Origin: Bdellovibrionota bacterium
GTDB lineage: Bacteria > Bdellovibrionota_C > UBA2361 > OMIW01
Assembly: GCA_044345055.1 (NCBI GenBank)
Contig: JBIJBT010000020.1
Coordinates: 1 to 38,186, forward strand
Direction of reading: 5' to 3'
Length of the DNA stretch: 38,186 nucleotides
The notes under the pieces are model-generated. The model saw only the letters and a list, made by a program, of their open reading frames with translations. It was not told the origin of the DNA and searched no databases. Within the stretch, counting starts at the first letter, position 1. Each line of letters starts with the position of its first letter. The position numbers were made by a program, and so were the translations under genes. Shown one piece after another: positions 27,098-36,157 of this stretch.

Positions 27098-27569
27098 GGT
27101 GTTTCGTGGGCTGTGTGTCGACGTAGGGTTATGTAGCTATCCTTGAATAATTCTCTCTATTCTAGTTTTTTTCTAGTACCGCAAGTATCTGCCAGTGCCG
27201 ATTGTTTTGCAAGTCTTTCGTATATATAGAGGTGGGTCACGTTCATCAATGGCAAGATTTTTTAGGTTTGGTGAGGGAATGAAGAGGGACTGAGGTGAAA
27301 CAGAGGGGTGAATCTCAGTGAGTGGCAGGGATATGTAATCTGGATGAAGCTGTTAGGGTTGAGCGGGAGGTGTCGATACTTTTAGGCTGTAGCTCTACGA
27401 CTCTGAGGCATAGAGACTCGGGCTACGCAGAGTCGGCTCGTTGGGGGAAAATTTGGTTAGATTAAGACTATTAAGGCGAGATAGTATGTTGGAGAGGTGG
27501 ATTTTTTTGAATAACAACAGGATGATAAGGCTTCTAGCAGAGGGGCGGACAAAAGATTGTCCGAAGTCA

Positions 27570-27596
27570 CTAACAGATATTTTTGCTCGTCGATAA
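27570..27596 (+). promoter_or_regulatory. sigma28 (FliA)-like promoter of the HAD-deaminase gene
   Basis: CTAAC-N14-GTCGATAA compared with the consensus TAAA-N15-GCCGATAA, about 70 nt before ATG 27667. Confidence 0.4.
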
Positions 27597-27666
27597 TTGG
27601 TCGAGGCGCGAAATCACCATGCTTCGACAGGGGATTGTTTATTTACGTTAAATCGAGGTGTATTCG

Positions 27667-29778
27667 ATGCCTAGTGCTATTTCTAATGTGACCAACGCTG
27701 TGAGGACTTTTTTCACGGGGGGCGAGACTGATAACCGCACGCTCACGATGCATCCACCTGAAAAAGCAACATCTGGTGATTACACTGCCGTTGAGCGATT
27801 AAGGGTCTTAAGCAGACTTCTTCGTGACGAGCCCGAACGTGGAAAGGAACAATTTCAAAAGATCTTTGGCGGAGAATTGGACCCGGGCAATCCGCAGGGA
27901 TGGTCGCAAGAATCCTTTCAGCAGCTTGGATTACACCCGAAACAGGCAAACCCCGCATATTGGGGACACCGCACGCTAAAAGGAGTAGCGTTTCTTGATG
28001 TTGATAACACTCAAATAAGGCCGGGAAATTGGGGACCGGCTGATGCGCTGCACAGGGCAGATCTTATTATCGAATTGGCACAGAAGGGATATGCCCTAGT
28101 ACCTGTCACGGGAAGCCAGTTTTCAAGTGGCGATCCGCGATTCGACATTGAGGCAAGGATTGCCAATGGGCAGCTATTCCCAACGCCGTTTTTAATAGTG
28201 GATGGCGGTGCTAAAGCCTACTCGATGAAGGGCGAAGGTTATGTTCAATCTCCTCGGTATCAAGGTTTAGTTGAACGAGTGATTAACCAGCAGGATAGGT
28301 GGGAAGTTGTTGATCGGATTTTCGTGGAGGTCGCTCAGGAGGTTATCGAAGGGCGGATTGACTCAGATTGGCAGTCGTCACCCCGGGCAAAAACCGAATT
28401 CAACGAGATGCATACCAGTGCAGGAATGACGCCTCCAGAGGGGGAGGGGGTTCCGGTCGTTATCGCGCGCGAATTTTGCTCTATCTCCCAAGCTCCAACC
28501 AGCGGTCAGCTTGGTTATGACATTACGTTACCTCGAGATCTTTCAAACGATCCAGGGGATAGCAATGCCTCCGCAATTGTAAAAGAAATTGACCAACAGT
28601 TCCAATTGCGGCTGAAAGCAGAGGGTATTGAGGGGTTATCGTGTTTCTCCGGTTTTCAGTATCTAGAAAACGCGAATACCGAGGCTATCGTTCGATTCTA
28701 CTACGGGGTTGGAGCTACCTCTAAAGAGTTGGCTCTAAGGTCTTTTGCGGATGTAGAGCGTGCATATGGAATCCCGATGGATGCCTTGAACTGTAAGATT
28801 ACAGTGGGCGGAGATGGGCTGAATGATACATTGTTCGCACGGAATATCGAGTCGAACGTGGCAACCTCCATGCCAGGTCGCATCGATCCGACGCCGCCGA
28901 TGTTTTTAATTCAGCCAAGCAGAGAGTCTGACTCACTTAAAGAGGGGGTCATCAAAGAGGGCTTTCCGGAGGAGCAGATACTCGTACTTCCCAAAGACCA
29001 AGGAGGATTAATTGCGCAACTTCGCGCCGGTCTGATGGGAAAGTTAGGGACTGAAGAAGACATCGCTAATGATACATATACTAAAGTAAATCACTACTTG
29101 AGGAGCACGGAACACAAATATCAGCGAGGACAGGATGGGTACTACCTTCGGCGTGCGTTAAAGGGAGCACTTGATTCAGCTCGCGAGGGAAATTTTGGTG
29201 TGGGAGGGGTGGTCCTTGTTGTTGGAAAGGACCACGTATTGGAATTTCAGAGCCGAAATTTGATGATAACGGGTGATCCCGTGATGAAAATAATTGGACA
29301 TGCGGAGACCGGAGGATTGGCGACAATCATGAAGATGCTCGAAGACAAGCATGGGAAAAATATCCTGAATAAAGTCAAAACAAGACTCCGAAAAGGAAAG
29401 GAGTGGTCAGGTGAATTTGGGGCACTAGGTATTTCAGCCTACTCGCGGAATCACAATGAAGATACAGCCACACTGCGGCCCGGGACACATGTTTTCACCA
29501 CACTTGAGCCATGCCCGATGTGTACGAGTGTGATTCTCAATTCAAAGGCCGACTTCTGCTTAATTGGAGCGGAAGATGCTTATGGAGGAGCAGTTCTGAG
29601 TGGTAGGTTACAGAAATTGACACCAGCGTGGGTAGAGCTTGCGGCGGAAACAACCTTCGATCTATATCAAGGCGACCCGCTTCTTCAGGATCTTTGCTGG
29701 AAAATATTTGAGGGGACTGTGAATGTTAATAATAAACTCCTTCAGAGAAACCTCTACGATGCGATCATGTCTGACTGA
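27667..29778 (+). CDS. Fusion protein: HAD-IIB-type phosphatase plus C-terminal TadA/guanine-deaminase-like zinc deaminase
   Basis: HAD motifs FLDVDNT (I), VPVTGS (II), SKELAL (III) and GGDGLND (IV). Deaminase motifs ALKGALDSAREGNFGVGGVVL, GHAE, FTTLEPCPMC and IGAEDAYGG. ATG 27667 is preferred over GTG 27658 because GAGGTG lies 6 nt upstream of it. Confidence 0.8.
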   Translation: MPSAISNVTNAVRTFFTGGETDNRTLTMHPPEKATSGDYTAVERLRVLSRLLRDEPERGKEQFQKIFGGELDPGNPQGWSQESFQQLGLHPKQANPAYWGHRTLKGVAFLDVDNTQIRPGNWGPADALHRADLIIELAQKGYALVPVTGSQFSSGDPRFDIEARIANGQLFPTPFLIVDGGAKAYSMKGEGYVQSPRYQGLVERVINQQDRWEVVDRIFVEVAQEVIEGRIDSDWQSSPRAKTEFNEMHTSAGMTPPEGEGVPVVIAREFCSISQAPTSGQLGYDITLPRDLSNDPGDSNASAIVKEIDQQFQLRLKAEGIEGLSCFSGFQYLENANTEAIVRFYYGVGATSKELALRSFADVERAYGIPMDALNCKITVGGDGLNDTLFARNIESNVATSMPGRIDPTPPMFLIQPSRESDSLKEGVIKEGFPEEQILVLPKDQGGLIAQLRAGLMGKLGTEEDIANDTYTKVNHYLRSTEHKYQRGQDGYYLRRALKGALDSAREGNFGVGGVVLVVGKDHVLEFQSRNLMITGDPVMKIIGHAETGGLATIMKMLEDKHGKNILNKVKTRLRKGKEWSGEFGALGISAYSRNHNEDTATLRPGTHVFTTLEPCPMCTSVILNSKADFCLIGAEDAYGGAVLSGRLQKLTPAWVELAAETTFDLYQGDPLLQDLCWKIFEGTVNVNNKLLQRNLYDAIMSD

Positions 29779-29942
29779 TCGCACGAAGGAGAGGTCGGCA
29801 CCTCTTTAGCCCCGACACCTAAAGCTCAGGGCACAATCTGTTAGAAGAGTACGCTTTTTGTGGAACCGATTATTTCACAAAAATAAAATTGAATGGGCTA
29901 CTCTTATTAACGTTTGTTGCCTGGCATCCCCCCTCCTCCATC

Positions 29943-29978
29943 GCCGCTCTTTTAGCTAAATTTAGCTAAAAGAGCGGC
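29943..29978. terminator. Perfect 36-bp palindrome between convergent genes, probable terminator
   Basis: GCCGCTCTTTTAGCTAAA|TTTAGCTAAAAGAGCGGC, followed on the + strand by TTAATTTT. Confidence 0.6.
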
Positions 29979-30020
29979 TTAATTTTGCTTAAATTTTGGG
30001 AAGAGTTTTTCACCCCTGGT

Positions 30021-31694
30021 TTAGCTGGTGGAGGCTGGATTTCCGATTGAGATACTCAGACCGGGTGCACTTATCTGACCCGATATCAGGCTCGGATTTT
30101 GATTTGGAGTATTTGATTCGGAAGCCAATTCTTTGAGAGCGAGGATTGCGGTAAATAGGCAAGCGTCTTTGCTGAGGTTGAGGAAAAGGTTTTCCAGTGG
30201 TTCTCTACAGTTGGTACTTACATTTGTTTTGTTTGCAATAAGAGAGAGATTTTCGGCGAAAGATTCGGCTATCTTTAAAATATGTGGAGGGAGATTCGTT
30301 TCATCTCTGATCGTCTTGGCAGCCGTTAGATAGCTTTGCTTCATCAAGTTAGGATCACTATTTGATGTAGCATTACTCAAAATAGTACTCACCTCTTCAG
30401 GAGAAAAAACAATATTGATTTGCTGTTGAGCTCGATCTTTACCCAAAATTCTCTCTTTAAGACTAGATGGTTGTAAGGAAAATTCTTCGGAAGATCTCGC
30501 CAGAAGTTCACAGTCTGGTCTGAGGGAACGAAGGAATCGAATCGCTTTGAGGGAGTGCCATTCTCTGCGCCAGTGTTGAGCTAGTGAAATTTCGACACAA
30601 GCGCAGGTTTTAGATTGAGTGTCGGGACGATTTCCCCCTTGTCCTTCGAGCTGCGTCACTGTACCTGTTTTTACTTTTACCTCTCTCTTGCCCCCGAGAA
30701 ATGTTGAGACACGGTCCCACAATCTTTCCCGTTTTTTTTCTGTCGGCGTCTTCTCTTGCTCCGATTCGCGTGAAAGACCGTTTTCGCCAATTTTAACGTT
30801 AACATCGCCAGGCAAACTTAGTGAGATTCCTGCTCTCGCCGAAAAACTCCCACTCTCAATTTTTGTGGGGTTAAGGGAGGCCAAGCATTCGTCTGAAAAA
30901 AGCTTTCTCGAAAAAATCGCCGAGAATAGCTCTTTAAAAGAAAGTTCGGATTTTGGAATGTTGAATACGATTGATCGATTTTTCGTGTTTTCAGTTTCTA
31001 AACCAGCGGATGCGGTGGGGGCATCCTTCAATAAATCGAGGAATCGTTTTAGCATTTCGGGACATTTAATCGCCTTCCGCCCGAGTACGTGGGACATCCC
31101 ATTTACAGCTCTATTCAATGGTTCAGGAAGATTTATCCATGGAGGCCTTACTCCAGCTTCCGCTGATCCTTCGATATCTCCTCCAATGGTTGCACTAACC
31201 CGAAGATCTTTATCACTTTCGACCCGTATCAAGAGCTCAACCTCCGCCGCGGCCCCGGCTTTGATGCTCGCAAATGGAGTGACCGGAATTCCGAGAAGGG
31301 AGGAAGAGAAATTCCCGCTTAAGTCTTCTTCAATATTGGCTTTGAATTCCAGTTTGATCTCGCTTCCTGGACTCAAGGCTGCGAGTTTGGAGGGAGTTCG
31401 AAGGAGTTCTTTTAGGGAGTTATCGGCTTCTGTAGCATTAATGGTGGGGTTATTTTGATTATTGGCAATCTTAATCGTTGCGCTGATTTGAAAATTTTCG
31501 GGCAGAGAATATTCGATTCCTAGACTCTTGAGGAGCTCGCTGAAATCATCGTTTGAGAGCTCTATTTTTTGTGAGGGATTTTCTGGGGGAGAATTGAGTG
31601 AACCTAAATCTAATCTGAGCCCGCAAGGAGCCCCTGCGGATGCTCCGCCTATAGCTTGGTTGCTTGGTGAACTACCTACCGCTTGAACCACCAT
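30021..31694 (-). CDS. Hypothetical protein (557 aa), no recognisable family
   Basis: Long ORF with ATG start, a low-complexity Ser/Gly/Pro/Ala N-terminus and several Gly/Ala-rich alternating beta-strand-like segments. Confidence 0.75.
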   Translation of the reverse strand: MVVQAVGSSPSNQAIGGASAGAPCGLRLDLGSLNSPPENPSQKIELSNDDFSELLKSLGIEYSLPENFQISATIKIANNQNNPTINATEADNSLKELLRTPSKLAALSPGSEIKLEFKANIEEDLSGNFSSSLLGIPVTPFASIKAGAAAEVELLIRVESDKDLRVSATIGGDIEGSAEAGVRPPWINLPEPLNRAVNGMSHVLGRKAIKCPEMLKRFLDLLKDAPTASAGLETENTKNRSIVFNIPKSELSFKELFSAIFSRKLFSDECLASLNPTKIESGSFSARAGISLSLPGDVNVKIGENGLSRESEQEKTPTEKKRERLWDRVSTFLGGKREVKVKTGTVTQLEGQGGNRPDTQSKTCACVEISLAQHWRREWHSLKAIRFLRSLRPDCELLARSSEEFSLQPSSLKERILGKDRAQQQINIVFSPEEVSTILSNATSNSDPNLMKQSYLTAAKTIRDETNLPPHILKIAESFAENLSLIANKTNVSTNCREPLENLFLNLSKDACLFTAILALKELASESNTPNQNPSLISGQISAPGLSISIGNPASTS

Positions 31695-31719
31695 ATGTAC
31701 TCGCGCCCCGAATCAAAAC

Positions 31720-31747
31720 GTATCGCCGTTAATCTCTCAACCCTTGA
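31720..31747 (-). promoter_or_regulatory. sigma28 (FliA)-like promoter of the 557-aa orphan
   Basis: Minus strand TCAAG-N15-GGCGATAC, ending 25 nt upstream of ATG 31694. Confidence 0.4.
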
Positions 31748-32214
31748 GTTTATCAAATGAATGGTCCTAACTCAACCAACCGTAAAGTCGTCGACTCAAA
31801 GTTATACAGGCTCGGGCGTAAAAACTCGGAGCAAGATTATTATTTTTTGCATCCTCCTCCCCTTTTTCCCCGCACGATAAAATATTTCCTCTGTGTTTTC
31901 ATCTCTGAAAATTTTATGAATGCATCAGTTGCCAGTGTATCCGCATTAGGGCTGCAGCGAATCTCGTAAAGGAGCATTTATCAGATGTGTTCCCGAGTCA
32001 TACAGTCGACTGGGGGGTTCGATATTTGAGAGGCTTGATCCCTCAATCGCCGGACAATACTTAACTGGAATTTCTGCTAAAGGCTGGGCAATATGCAAAT
32101 GGGTCTTTAGCAACTTTAAAATTAATCGAATCAGTTGTTGGTTCGTCATGAAATTTTGTCGTGTAAATAGTAGCTACGCGCACAAATAGCGGACGACAAC
32201 GCTTATCTCTCTTC

Positions 32215-32234
32215 GGGGATAGAAAGCTATCCCC
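32215..32234. terminator. Hairpin downstream of flgE, possible terminator
   Basis: GGGGATAG-AAAG-CTATCCCC, about 70 nt past the flgE stop. There is no clean U-tract on the minus strand. Confidence 0.35.
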
Positions 32235-32302
32235 CTTCCTTGATGCATGGTGTTAGCGACAGGGTGTTAATTCAAGTTGCACACCCCCCCATTAACTACC
32301 CT

Positions 32303-33649
32303 TCAAACCAACTGAATCACATCATTGAGCAGCTGGTTGACCGTAGTGATCATTCGTGAGCTGGCCTGGAATCCTCTTTGGAGGGTAATTAATTTTACAA
32401 ACTCTGTGGCGATATCGACGGTGGATAGCTCTAGGGCGCCGGATTGAATTGAACCCATTTTTCCGGTATCGGGTCTTCCGATTACTGGAGCACCGGAAGC
32501 TGGAGATTGTTGAAGTAGATTTGATCCAATACGGGTGAGACCTTCGGGATTTGAAAAATCAACAAGCCCCACCGTGCCGATAATTGCGGCCTGTCCATTA
32601 TCGAACAGCGCGGAAATATCTCCATTTTTTCCTACACTAAGACTCGTCACAGCACCCACGCCTCGACCATCTTGAGAAATAGAGAGAATGTTCGAGCGAG
32701 ATGAGTATTGGGTGAATGGGTCAAGAGATATGTTAATTGGATCATCTGTTCCTGATCCATTATTCCACGGTATCGTCGCTGTCATGTCGTATAGACCGTC
32801 AGTGGGGAGCGATGAACGGGTGCCATTTGATTCAAAATCGAGCGCTATAGTTTCTCCTGCATCCATGGCGCTTGTCCCGTCCCACACGGTTCCGCTGATA
32901 AGGCGGGGTTCGCCCACTGCAGTACCTGAGGGGTCGACCTCCTCACTATTTACATATCCCCTCACACTCCAGGAGTTCGGATTTGCCGCATCTTTAAAAA
33001 AATATAGGGTCACGTTGTGCGGAGCGCTTAGTGAATCGAATACCTGCACAACGGTGGAAAAATCGGCGGCCTCACTTAGTTGCGAATACGTTGTGCGGGG
33101 TGCCGCAAGGGGAGCGCTCCCTGCTGCAGTTACAGTCGGTATTGAACCTACTGCGACTCCCGTAGCGCTAGCATCGAGATTTCCTGTAACCGTCACGTTC
33201 TCCGAGCGAATTCCATCCTGCGCTACGGAGTTCACATTAATTGGTTGCAGTGTGCCATCCGTATCAAATCCAAGAACCGCAAGACCATCCTGATTCACAA
33301 GAAAACCTGCTGAATCAACCTTAAAATTTCCTGCTCTCGTGTAGAATCGCTCCGAGCCTTTGGCAACCGCAAAATAACCATTTCCGGCGATACCAAGGTC
33401 CAGACTCCGATCTGTAAACTCAAAGGTGCCTTGCGATGCAATAGCGGTGACGGCCTGAGTTTGAGATCCACTTCCCACAACTTTTCCGGCTGCCTGACCT
33501 CCAACTAGAATATCAGCGAACTCGGCTCGTGAAGCCTTGTATCCGGTCGTTGAGGCGTTTGCGATGTTGTCACCGACAACCGATATCGCTGTTCCATGAC
33601 TTGCGATACCAGCACGACCTGCGAAGAGACCATTCAAAATTCCGGGCAC
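32303..33649 (-). CDS. flgE: Flagellar hook protein
   Basis: ISVVGDNIANASTTGYK, DLGIAGNGYF, YTRAGNF, VFDSL…H (FlaE domain), FSNPEGL and GALELSTVDIATEFVKLITLQRGFQASSRMI; lies downstream of flgD. Confidence 0.95.
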   Translation of the reverse strand: MPGILNGLFAGRAGIASHGTAISVVGDNIANASTTGYKASRAEFADILVGGQAAGKVVGSGSQTQAVTAIASQGTFEFTDRSLDLGIAGNGYFAVAKGSERFYTRAGNFKVDSAGFLVNQDGLAVLGFDTDGTLQPINVNSVAQDGIRSENVTVTGNLDASATGVAVGSIPTVTAAGSAPLAAPRTTYSQLSEAADFSTVVQVFDSLSAPHNVTLYFFKDAANPNSWSVRGYVNSEEVDPSGTAVGEPRLISGTVWDGTSAMDAGETIALDFESNGTRSSLPTDGLYDMTATIPWNNGSGTDDPINISLDPFTQYSSRSNILSISQDGRGVGAVTSLSVGKNGDISALFDNGQAAIIGTVGLVDFSNPEGLTRIGSNLLQQSPASGAPVIGRPDTGKMGSIQSGALELSTVDIATEFVKLITLQRGFQASSRMITTVNQLLNDVIQLV

Positions 33650-33742
33650 GGGGAACCTCCATACTGTGATTACAGAGAGAACATGAGGAGGCTCTGCTCC
33701 CTCATGAATGCGATATTCTGATATTGCGACAACGGTGGAGTT

Positions 33743-34465
33743 TTACCCCGAAGGAAGCCGAACCTCTTTAACGGACGATGGATTAACCTCTCGGTCGCCG
33801 ACGACCAGCTTTGGATCAGCCCCCGGAATAAAGCCTGATACGGTCCCCACGACAGAGGAATCAACCGGAAACTCTGCGCCTCCAGAGCTCACCCCTTTAA
33901 CAGAGAAGGTGTAGTCACCATCCGCAACACCAAGATTGCTCAGAGAGATGGTGTGAGAACCTTTAGAGAGTCCGCTAATTGGGATTCGTTGCGCCTCTCC
34001 GCTTGTTCCTGCCTTTGTAACTTCAAGAATTAAGCCTGATGCATCCTGGGAGAGTTTGAGAGCGAGGGAATCAGAACTCCCTCCGGAAAACGAAAGAGTA
34101 TTATCCGACAACAAAACTTCGTGACCAAGGTAACCGGCTAAAGAAGATACATCGCCTCCTCCGACATTTCCTCCACCGGTCAGAGTGTTATTGATATTAA
34201 TGAGCTGCTCTAGTTGGCTAAATTGGGCCAGATTCACTGCAAACTCTTCATTCTTCATCGGCTCAAGTGGATCTTGATTCTTGAGCTGCTGAACTAGAAT
34301 ATTAAGAAAATCGGTCCTATCGAGTTTATTCGGATCGGCAGCTTTTGTTCCGCTCGCTGATCCGGTCTTCGCTGAAGATCGCTGCGTCGATGAACTTTGA
34401 GTTGTTGAGCTCTGAGTTACCGCGCTCATTGGAAACTGCGATCCAATTCGTTTTGTTTCATCCAT
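33743..34465 (-). CDS. flgD: Flagellar hook capping protein
   Basis: LDRTDFLNILVQQLKNQDPLEPMKNEEFAVNLAQFSQLEQL. Confidence 0.95.
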   Translation of the reverse strand: MDETKRIGSQFPMSAVTQSSTTQSSSTQRSSAKTGSASGTKAADPNKLDRTDFLNILVQQLKNQDPLEPMKNEEFAVNLAQFSQLEQLININNTLTGGGNVGGGDVSSLAGYLGHEVLLSDNTLSFSGGSSDSLALKLSQDASGLILEVTKAGTSGEAQRIPISGLSKGSHTISLSNLGVADGDYTFSVKGVSSGGAEFPVDSSVVGTVSGFIPGADPKLVVGDREVNPSSVKEVRLPSG

Positions 34466-34563
34466 GGTTATTGCTCTCGCTCGCTAGACTCACTCTCTTA
34501 TCTCCTACCGTGAGGAGTTGCCGTTAATTATAAAAAATTCCATCCGAACCTGACATGATCCAT

Positions 34564-36051
34564 TCAGGCAACCCAACCACTCTCAATACTCCCAACGCCA
34601 TATTGTTTGGAGAGCTCTCGATTTGCGCTCTCTGATTCAACCGCACCCCAATCAGACGGTCCGTCAAACTGGCGCGAGCCGCGTTGCCCCCCCTCGCGAG
34701 AACTGGCGTTACTGCCCGAATCAAATCCACGACCCGCACTCTCAATTGAAACACGTACCTGATCAACGGATAACCCCATTTTTCGCAGAGCGGCGTGAAG
34801 TTCGTGGCTTCGCTCCCGAAGGACGGCAGCAACCTGAGGCAACTCCGGCGCAAGCCGTGCGTGGAGCTCTCCATCCCGAAAGCTGATATCGACCGTCATT
34901 GAGCCCAGCGAGGGAGGATCGAGCCGTAGCGACACACTTTTGGCCTCCTTCGTGTCCACAAGCCCTTTCAAACTTTTTTCAATTCGCGCGATAGCTCGGA
35001 TAATTCGTGAGCGTTCGACCGGTTCGCGAGATTGCTGCGCATTTGGGCCTTCACCAAGAAGTAGCGGATCTATTCCGTCACCCGCCTCACTATGTCCCGC
35101 CTGAGCCACCCCCATCGCAAGGGCTTCAGCCGCAGGACTTGGCCCCAAACGCATCGACTCGCCAACTCCTTGCCGCGTTCCCCGCCCGGACACCCCACCC
35201 GCCGCGCCGGTTCCCTCTACCGCTGCCGCGGGCGAATCAGCAATGTCTCCGTCCCCACCATCGGTCATACCCGTCCCCGATGGCGGTACAAAGGTGCCTG
35301 GCACCATTGATGCGGGTACCGCTGATGCGAAGGTGCCAGGCACCTCAATAGCACCCCTGCTCTTAGGTTCGGCCGAGCCATCCTTACCCTCATCTGGTGA
35401 CATCCCCCCATCCTGGGAATTTGAGGTTCCTGACGAGCCATCGTCGTTTTGGATTACCTCAATATCGCGGAGCCACTCCGGGTCTTCGTCGGCGGCAGCT
35501 TCTTCACCTGCCACTGCTGACGATTTATTTGCTGACGATTCACCTTTCTGAGCCCCCTGCTCTAACTCCACCTCTTTGGGCTCCTGCAGCATCTCGGTCG
35601 ACGCTCGCTCGACAGAGGAATCACGATTTGTCACTTCCCCAAGCTTACTGCTAGAGGAGCGCTCTGAGTAATCACCACCCTTTACCGGTGATTCGACGGC
35701 TAAATGCCGAGGAGGAAGCTGCTCGGCTGCCGCCATCGCAAGCGCAGATGTAGAGAGCTCCTGATCCGCCCCCCGTTGCGGACGTTTTGACGAGTCCCGG
35801 ACCTCTGAATCGGTTTCCTCATCGTCCTCGAACCACTCCGTATTGGCATCACCTAACCCTTGAGCACGACCAAACGAAGCCGAATCACCCGCCCCCCCGG
35901 CAATCGCCTCAAGAAGCCCCGCAAACGGATTATCAAGAGGTTGAGGCATCTTGTTGTCGCCATTAGAATCACGACGAAACAAACCTGTCTGAGTTTCACC
36001 CTTTGGCAACTGAAAAGTATCCGTTGTGAGGAGAGTTGATCCAGTAATCAT
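34564..36051 (-). CDS. fliK: Flagellar hook-length control protein
   Basis: A long disordered acidic N-region precedes the C-terminal Flg_hook domain (SVSLRLDPPSLGSMTVDI…LHAALRKMGLSVDQVRV). fliK-flgD-flgE synteny supports the call; the exact start is uncertain. Confidence 0.88.
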   Translation of the reverse strand: MITGSTLLTTDTFQLPKGETQTGLFRRDSNGDNKMPQPLDNPFAGLLEAIAGGAGDSASFGRAQGLGDANTEWFEDDEETDSEVRDSSKRPQRGADQELSTSALAMAAAEQLPPRHLAVESPVKGGDYSERSSSSKLGEVTNRDSSVERASTEMLQEPKEVELEQGAQKGESSANKSSAVAGEEAAADEDPEWLRDIEVIQNDDGSSGTSNSQDGGMSPDEGKDGSAEPKSRGAIEVPGTFASAVPASMVPGTFVPPSGTGMTDGGDGDIADSPAAAVEGTGAAGGVSGRGTRQGVGESMRLGPSPAAEALAMGVAQAGHSEAGDGIDPLLLGEGPNAQQSREPVERSRIIRAIARIEKSLKGLVDTKEAKSVSLRLDPPSLGSMTVDISFRDGELHARLAPELPQVAAVLRERSHELHAALRKMGLSVDQVRVSIESAGRGFDSGSNASSREGGQRGSRQFDGPSDWGAVESESANRELSKQYGVGSIESGWVA

Positions 36052-36142
36052 CAGTGCTCATTACAATAAGTAGTTTCAGCAAGCGAGCTTCGTTGACTGG
36101 AAAAAAAAACGATCATCACCAAAGCCGAGCTCCCTTCGTATG

Positions 36143-36157
36143 GCAAACTCTCTGCCA
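36143..36157 (-). promoter_or_regulatory. sigma54 (-24/-12) promoter of fliK-flgD-flgE
   Basis: Minus strand TGGCAG-AGAGT-TTGC matches TGGCAC-N5-TTGC with exact spacing, about 90 nt upstream of fliK. Confidence 0.7.

Noticed and set aside
27181..27194. sigma54-like TGGCAG-ATAC-TTGC upstream of the Rpn-like gene (- strand)
   Set aside because: The spacer is 4 nt rather than the strictly required 5.
27280..27325. Purine-rich hairpin ACTGAG…CTCAGT resembling a glycine riboswitch fragment
   Set aside because: It lacks the GGAGA/CCGAAG core, and only one short stem is supportable.
30619..31458. 279-aa + strand ORF
   Set aside because: It is an antisense shadow of the 557-aa gene, Ser/Phe/Leu-rich and without motifs.
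31946..32149. 67-aa - strand ORF downstream of flgE
   Set aside because: It has no clear SD and no recognisable motif, and it lies beyond the post-flgE hairpin. It cannot be supported, though it is not excluded.
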